A stretch of DNA of 64,000 nt, from the NCBI GenBank assembly GCA_030141605.1, contig JAQGDQ010000312.1, forward strand, positions 145,445-209,444, written 5' to 3'. Origin of the DNA: Tubiluchus corallicola. Taxonomy: Eukaryota > Animalia > Priapulida. Below, one piece after another: positions 38,986 to 64,000 of this stretch. The position numbers were made by a program, and so were the translations under genes. Under the pieces are notes generated by a model. That model had not been told where the DNA came from. It saw nothing but the letters and a program-made list of their open reading frames with translations, and did no database searches. The number at the start of each line of letters is the position of its first letter. Within the stretch, counting starts at the first letter, position 1.

Positions 38986-40487
38986 ATATAGATATAGATA
39001 ACCCGCCACTTCTTGGTTTCTCTGATGATCGAATTGATTCATGGAAAGCTTTAATAAACTAGTAAACTAGTGGACTGACTTCGGATAATCTCACAGCAAG
39101 ACCCACCGAGTTAAGTCTTCTTCGTTTAATTGTCCTGGTCTATATTTCTTCGTTGATTTTATCATACAAATCTCTCTCTATATATATATCTCGTAACGAT
39201 TAATAAGATTCTAGCGAAACACTCGTTTCAAACAGTTTTATTTACAAAAAAAGTAATTCAGTAGTATCTTACAATACATCTGCTAATTAATATCGTCGAT
39301 GGTAATCAGAATTTTGCAAGCGTCATTGCATAATTCACGTACCCGTATATATTTTTCGCAAAAATAACTAATTTTGATTATAATCTTAATTTCTCCACGA
39401 ATTTCCCGAAAACAGCATAAGCGACAACTTGAAAACAGAGCTAAACGTTTGTAATTAGAAGAAAAAAGTACAGTATACGCCACACATGCTCTGGAGTTAA
39501 TATTGCCTAAACTAGTGGCAACAGGCAGCTCTAGAAGAATAAAGTGTCACTAAACAAGGGCGGATACAGGTTTTTAGAACAAGGGTGGGCCCAACAGAAA
39601 AGCAGTTAGAGGGTCTGGGGGCGGTGTAAACTCCCCTGCGAGGTCCACCCGAACAACAATACATTTTACTGCATTTTAGAGCACTTTTCTGCCGTCTAGA
39701 ACCATCTCTAGGACGCTCACTAGTTTAGAACACGTGTCACCTCACTTTTGCTGCAAAATTATATACCAATATATTGATATACACTATACAGAATACATGA
39801 TCTATATAGGTTTCACCTGTTTTCTTGTGATATATCATTTTTACAGATATAAGACACCTTTAGGATTTAACAAATCGTTCTAATGATTCAGAGAAAATAT
39901 TAATTTGGTGTGTTGTAACGGTTACTGTGCAAGGGAGGGCCCAGCGCCCCTTGGGTCCACCACCTAACTCCGCCATTGCTAAAGTATGTGTGCTTATACA
40001 TGTATGTACGAAGCATTACATTTGAGAATAAAAATATGAGATTTGTTCAAGGTTCTGCTCATTTCTTACTTATTCTCGACTGTCCAGTTTTATAAACCCA
40101 AACTAAACAAACGGTCTCGTAGTTTGACAGAATTTTGAGCTAGGAGAAAGATCGTTCCTCAGCCTCATCTACCTGCTCAACTGCCCTTTTTCCTACTTCC
40201 TCTACTTCCCCTCCTACATCATCTCCTTTCTCCTTCACTAAATTATTCTCTCCTACCCATTTTGCTTACGCGTTTACAACTACGCACTGTATTTTACTCA
40301 ACTTAGTCCAAAATGGTTAATTTTGTTGACCCTGAACCAAAAGAGGATCCTCCGATAATCGGACAAAATTAATCAATTATACAGAAAAGTAGGAAGAAAA
40401 GAGGTACCTCTTTTACCTGCTCTAGTTCCTCCTCTCCTGTTTTCTTTTCTCCTTCTATCTACAAACTAAGAACGTGCCTTGTTGATC

Positions 40488-40935
40488 GCTAGCATCTATC
40501 AATTCTATAGTTTCTCAATATAGTTTATTTTACTTCCTCCTCTCCTACTTCTTCTACTGCTCTCCCTATTTCTTTCTACTTTCTCCTGTTCTACCTTCTA
40601 CACGTCAATTTTTTCTGTGCTTCTCTATCATCTCCTGCATCTATAGCATCTATCAATGCTATAGTTTCTCAATATAGTTTATTTTACTTCCTCCTCTCCT
40701 ACTTCTCGTACTGCTCTCTCTATTTCTTTCTACTTTCTCCTGTTCTACCTTCTACACGTTCAATTTTTTCTGTGCTTCTTTATCATCTCCTGCATCTATA
40801 GCATCTATCAATTCTATAGTTTCTCAATATAGTTTATTTTACTTCCTCCTCTCCTACTTCTCGTAGTGCTCTCCCTATTGCTTTCTACTTTCTCCTGTTC
40901 TACCTTCTACACGTCAATTTTTTCTGTGCTTTGCT
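40488..40935. repeat. About 154-bp pyrimidine-rich tandem repeat, 3 copies
   Basis: tagcatctatcaat at about 40490, 40644 and 40799. Confidence 0.9.
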
Positions 40936-40965
40936 TCTCTTACCTGGTTACCCGCTTAAAGGAAA

Positions 40966-41618
40966 CAACAAGTCACTCAGTATGTTGGGTTTATTTTACT
41001 GTTATCACTTAAACTAAGAGAAATATAACAACAAATTTGCAAAAAAACTGTCTATAAAGCATATATTTAAAATATACTACCTCTGAATTGAAATTTTCGG
41101 ACCCTGAGGTTGCCGCCATCCACTTGAAAGTCATGACGTAGCTGGGAGACTTCGAAATCTGCCTTAGACATTTATTTTAGTTTATTTTATTTTATAATTC
41201 TGCCTGCCCAATGTCTACAATAGAGGTGACGGGCGTATGATGATGATGATGATGATGGGAGACTTCGTGACTTTTCGTAAGCGTTTGCTGCTTAAACTAA
41301 TTTAAACTTCTGTAGTTTACCTAATGTTCACATGCAGCAAAAATATTACAAAATCTAATTTTTTTGTAAAAACTTATTATACTTTTGATAAAAGATTGAC
41401 AGTGCGCTACTTTTCTACTCAAAGTTTTGTCTTAATGACGTCATTGGAAGAAAAATGGGCATTGAAAATTGGAGTGCCCAAGCACGAAGTGATCACGACT
41501 AAAGTGATTTTACTAATTACACGAGGCGCTTATTGCATTTTTATTCTTAAATCCTTCTAACATTTTCCCCAAATATTCAAATAAGCCTGACTTTCCAGAA
41601 AGCTTGACCTTCCCTTCC
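40966..41618. mobile_element. Kolobok-like non-autonomous element containing a small retro-insertion
   Basis: Starts ttaaaggaaac; right end resembles the reverse complement of 3850-3890; insert 41155-41255 between duplicated tgggagacttcg. Confidence 0.55.
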
Positions 41619-42379
41619 AGTGAAGCCTATAGGCAACACTACGAAGGCTACACTACACTATGAAAGGCCAGCATGAAAGTTAAGAAAGTACAGTACGTTG
41701 GCTGCAAAAAACGTACATTGTATTATATTGTACGTGCAAGGTGATATTATGGAGTTGTTGTAAGTTTATAAAAGCACGACTATTGTTTAGCAAAGAGGAC
41801 GTGACTTTGCCATTTTCTGCTTGCACGATCATCACTGAGATATTGAGGTTGTGGTAAATGTGATGCTGCTCTCAGATTTTGAATGCAACAGCACTTTTGT
41901 AGCATTTCCAGATAATATTGTAACGAATCCGGGGTCCATTCCATGCGGGAATTTCGGATCCCACTTCTGATAAGACTCCAATGTAACCAATCCGGGTTCC
42001 AGCTCGGATCCTCTCCTCAGGACGTATAGAGCGGCATACAAGTTATGAAACATTTTACAGCAGATGAGAAAAGTAAAAAGAATACGAATGTAAAATAAAT
42101 TTTAATGCACAACCAGTAGCTCCATGACATGTGAACAGACTTTGGTATAAAAATCAGCAAACCTACAGCATTCACCTTTACAGACAGAAAGGCCAAGTTT
42201 CGAATCGTCAAATTACGGCAGGCATTCTGTTTTATACAGGTACATTTGCATGACTTGGCTTCTCAACCATACCCATTACTAACATTAGGGGGTTGGTCAA
42301 AATCTGCCTTCGTAACAATACACTTTTTTGTTTAACCTGCAGGACACAATTAAATACACGAATCAATGGCTTGCCTGCG

Positions 42380-63384
<21,005 letters not shown>

Positions 63385-64000
63385 CTGAAACAAGAATACG
63401 AGAGAGTGTGGTGGTGTAGTCGACTTTTTGTGGACATTCGGGTTTCGAGTTTCTCGATTTCCGGAAAGATTTAGAAAACTGCAAGCTCGGCTTGGTTTGT
63501 TATCACAAAGATAATGTCACGAGGACGTAGCTATGGCACGTATTCTTTATTACAGTTCTGTTACTCAGAAAGAATGGGATAGTTAGATAGACAGATAAAC
63601 AGGCAAACAGACAGACAGACAGACAGACTGGATTTTGATTTATTACTTTATTCTAAACATAAGTTCAGAGTACAAAGGACGTAACATAAAAATTATAAAT
63701 AAAAGAACACAAAGAATACAAAAAATATTACAATGACAATAATAAATAAATAAATGACACGCACATACTGATTGACTGACTGACTGACTAACTAACTGAC
63801 TGACTGACTGACCGACTTATCGACCGACCGAGTGACCAACCGATTGACTGATAGACAGACAGACAGATAAATAGCTAGAGGTTAAATTTGATCCTTTCAT
63901 TGTAAACCATAGTTCATTTTACAAAATACAACGTCACACATTTACAATCAAATAACATGAAAAAACAATGAATAAATGAGATAGTTACAATGAAAGGAAA

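Noticed and set aside
41900-42030. Possible hammerhead ribozyme on minus (CUGAGGA ... GAAA with GGATCC palindromes) in the IR 3' region
   Set aside because: Stem II does not pair in register next to the core and I could not find stems I and III; more likely a repeat remnant. An Infernal search would settle it.

Overview
AT-rich, intron-rich, repeat-laden window from an animal genome, most likely a protostome invertebrate (the species cannot be named from sequence alone). Four protein-coding genes were assembled by hand with GT-AG boundaries and consistent reading phase. (1) The last three coding exons of an ALDH1A/ALDH2-type aldehyde dehydrogenase (+, ending KIPQKNS* at 5914). (2) A complete 9-coding-exon FAAH2-like amidase (-, 23966 to 9606, 533 aa). 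(3) A complete Spt5/SUPT5H with an intron-free CDS (-, 30459 to 27232). (4) Twelve exons of an ionotropic receptor most similar to IR93a (-, from beyond 64000 to 42380). The rest is MITEs (Tc1/pogo-like, hAT-like, Kolobok-like, Harbinger, one Merlin-like), LINE 3' fragments, a solo LTR, and mini- and microsatellites. Highlights: the Spt5 and FAAH2 start codons each sit just downstream of a splice acceptor with no evident promoter between the genes, suggesting Spt5 is nested in the FAAH2 5'-UTR intron or co-transcribed with it. The best promoter and first-exon candidate upstream lies inside a 735-bp element with perfect 33-bp TIRs and an 8-bp TSD. Four tandem duplications copy an exon 3' end plus its splice donor. 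Two inverted-repeat pairs bracket exons. All family assignments are by eye, with no database search.
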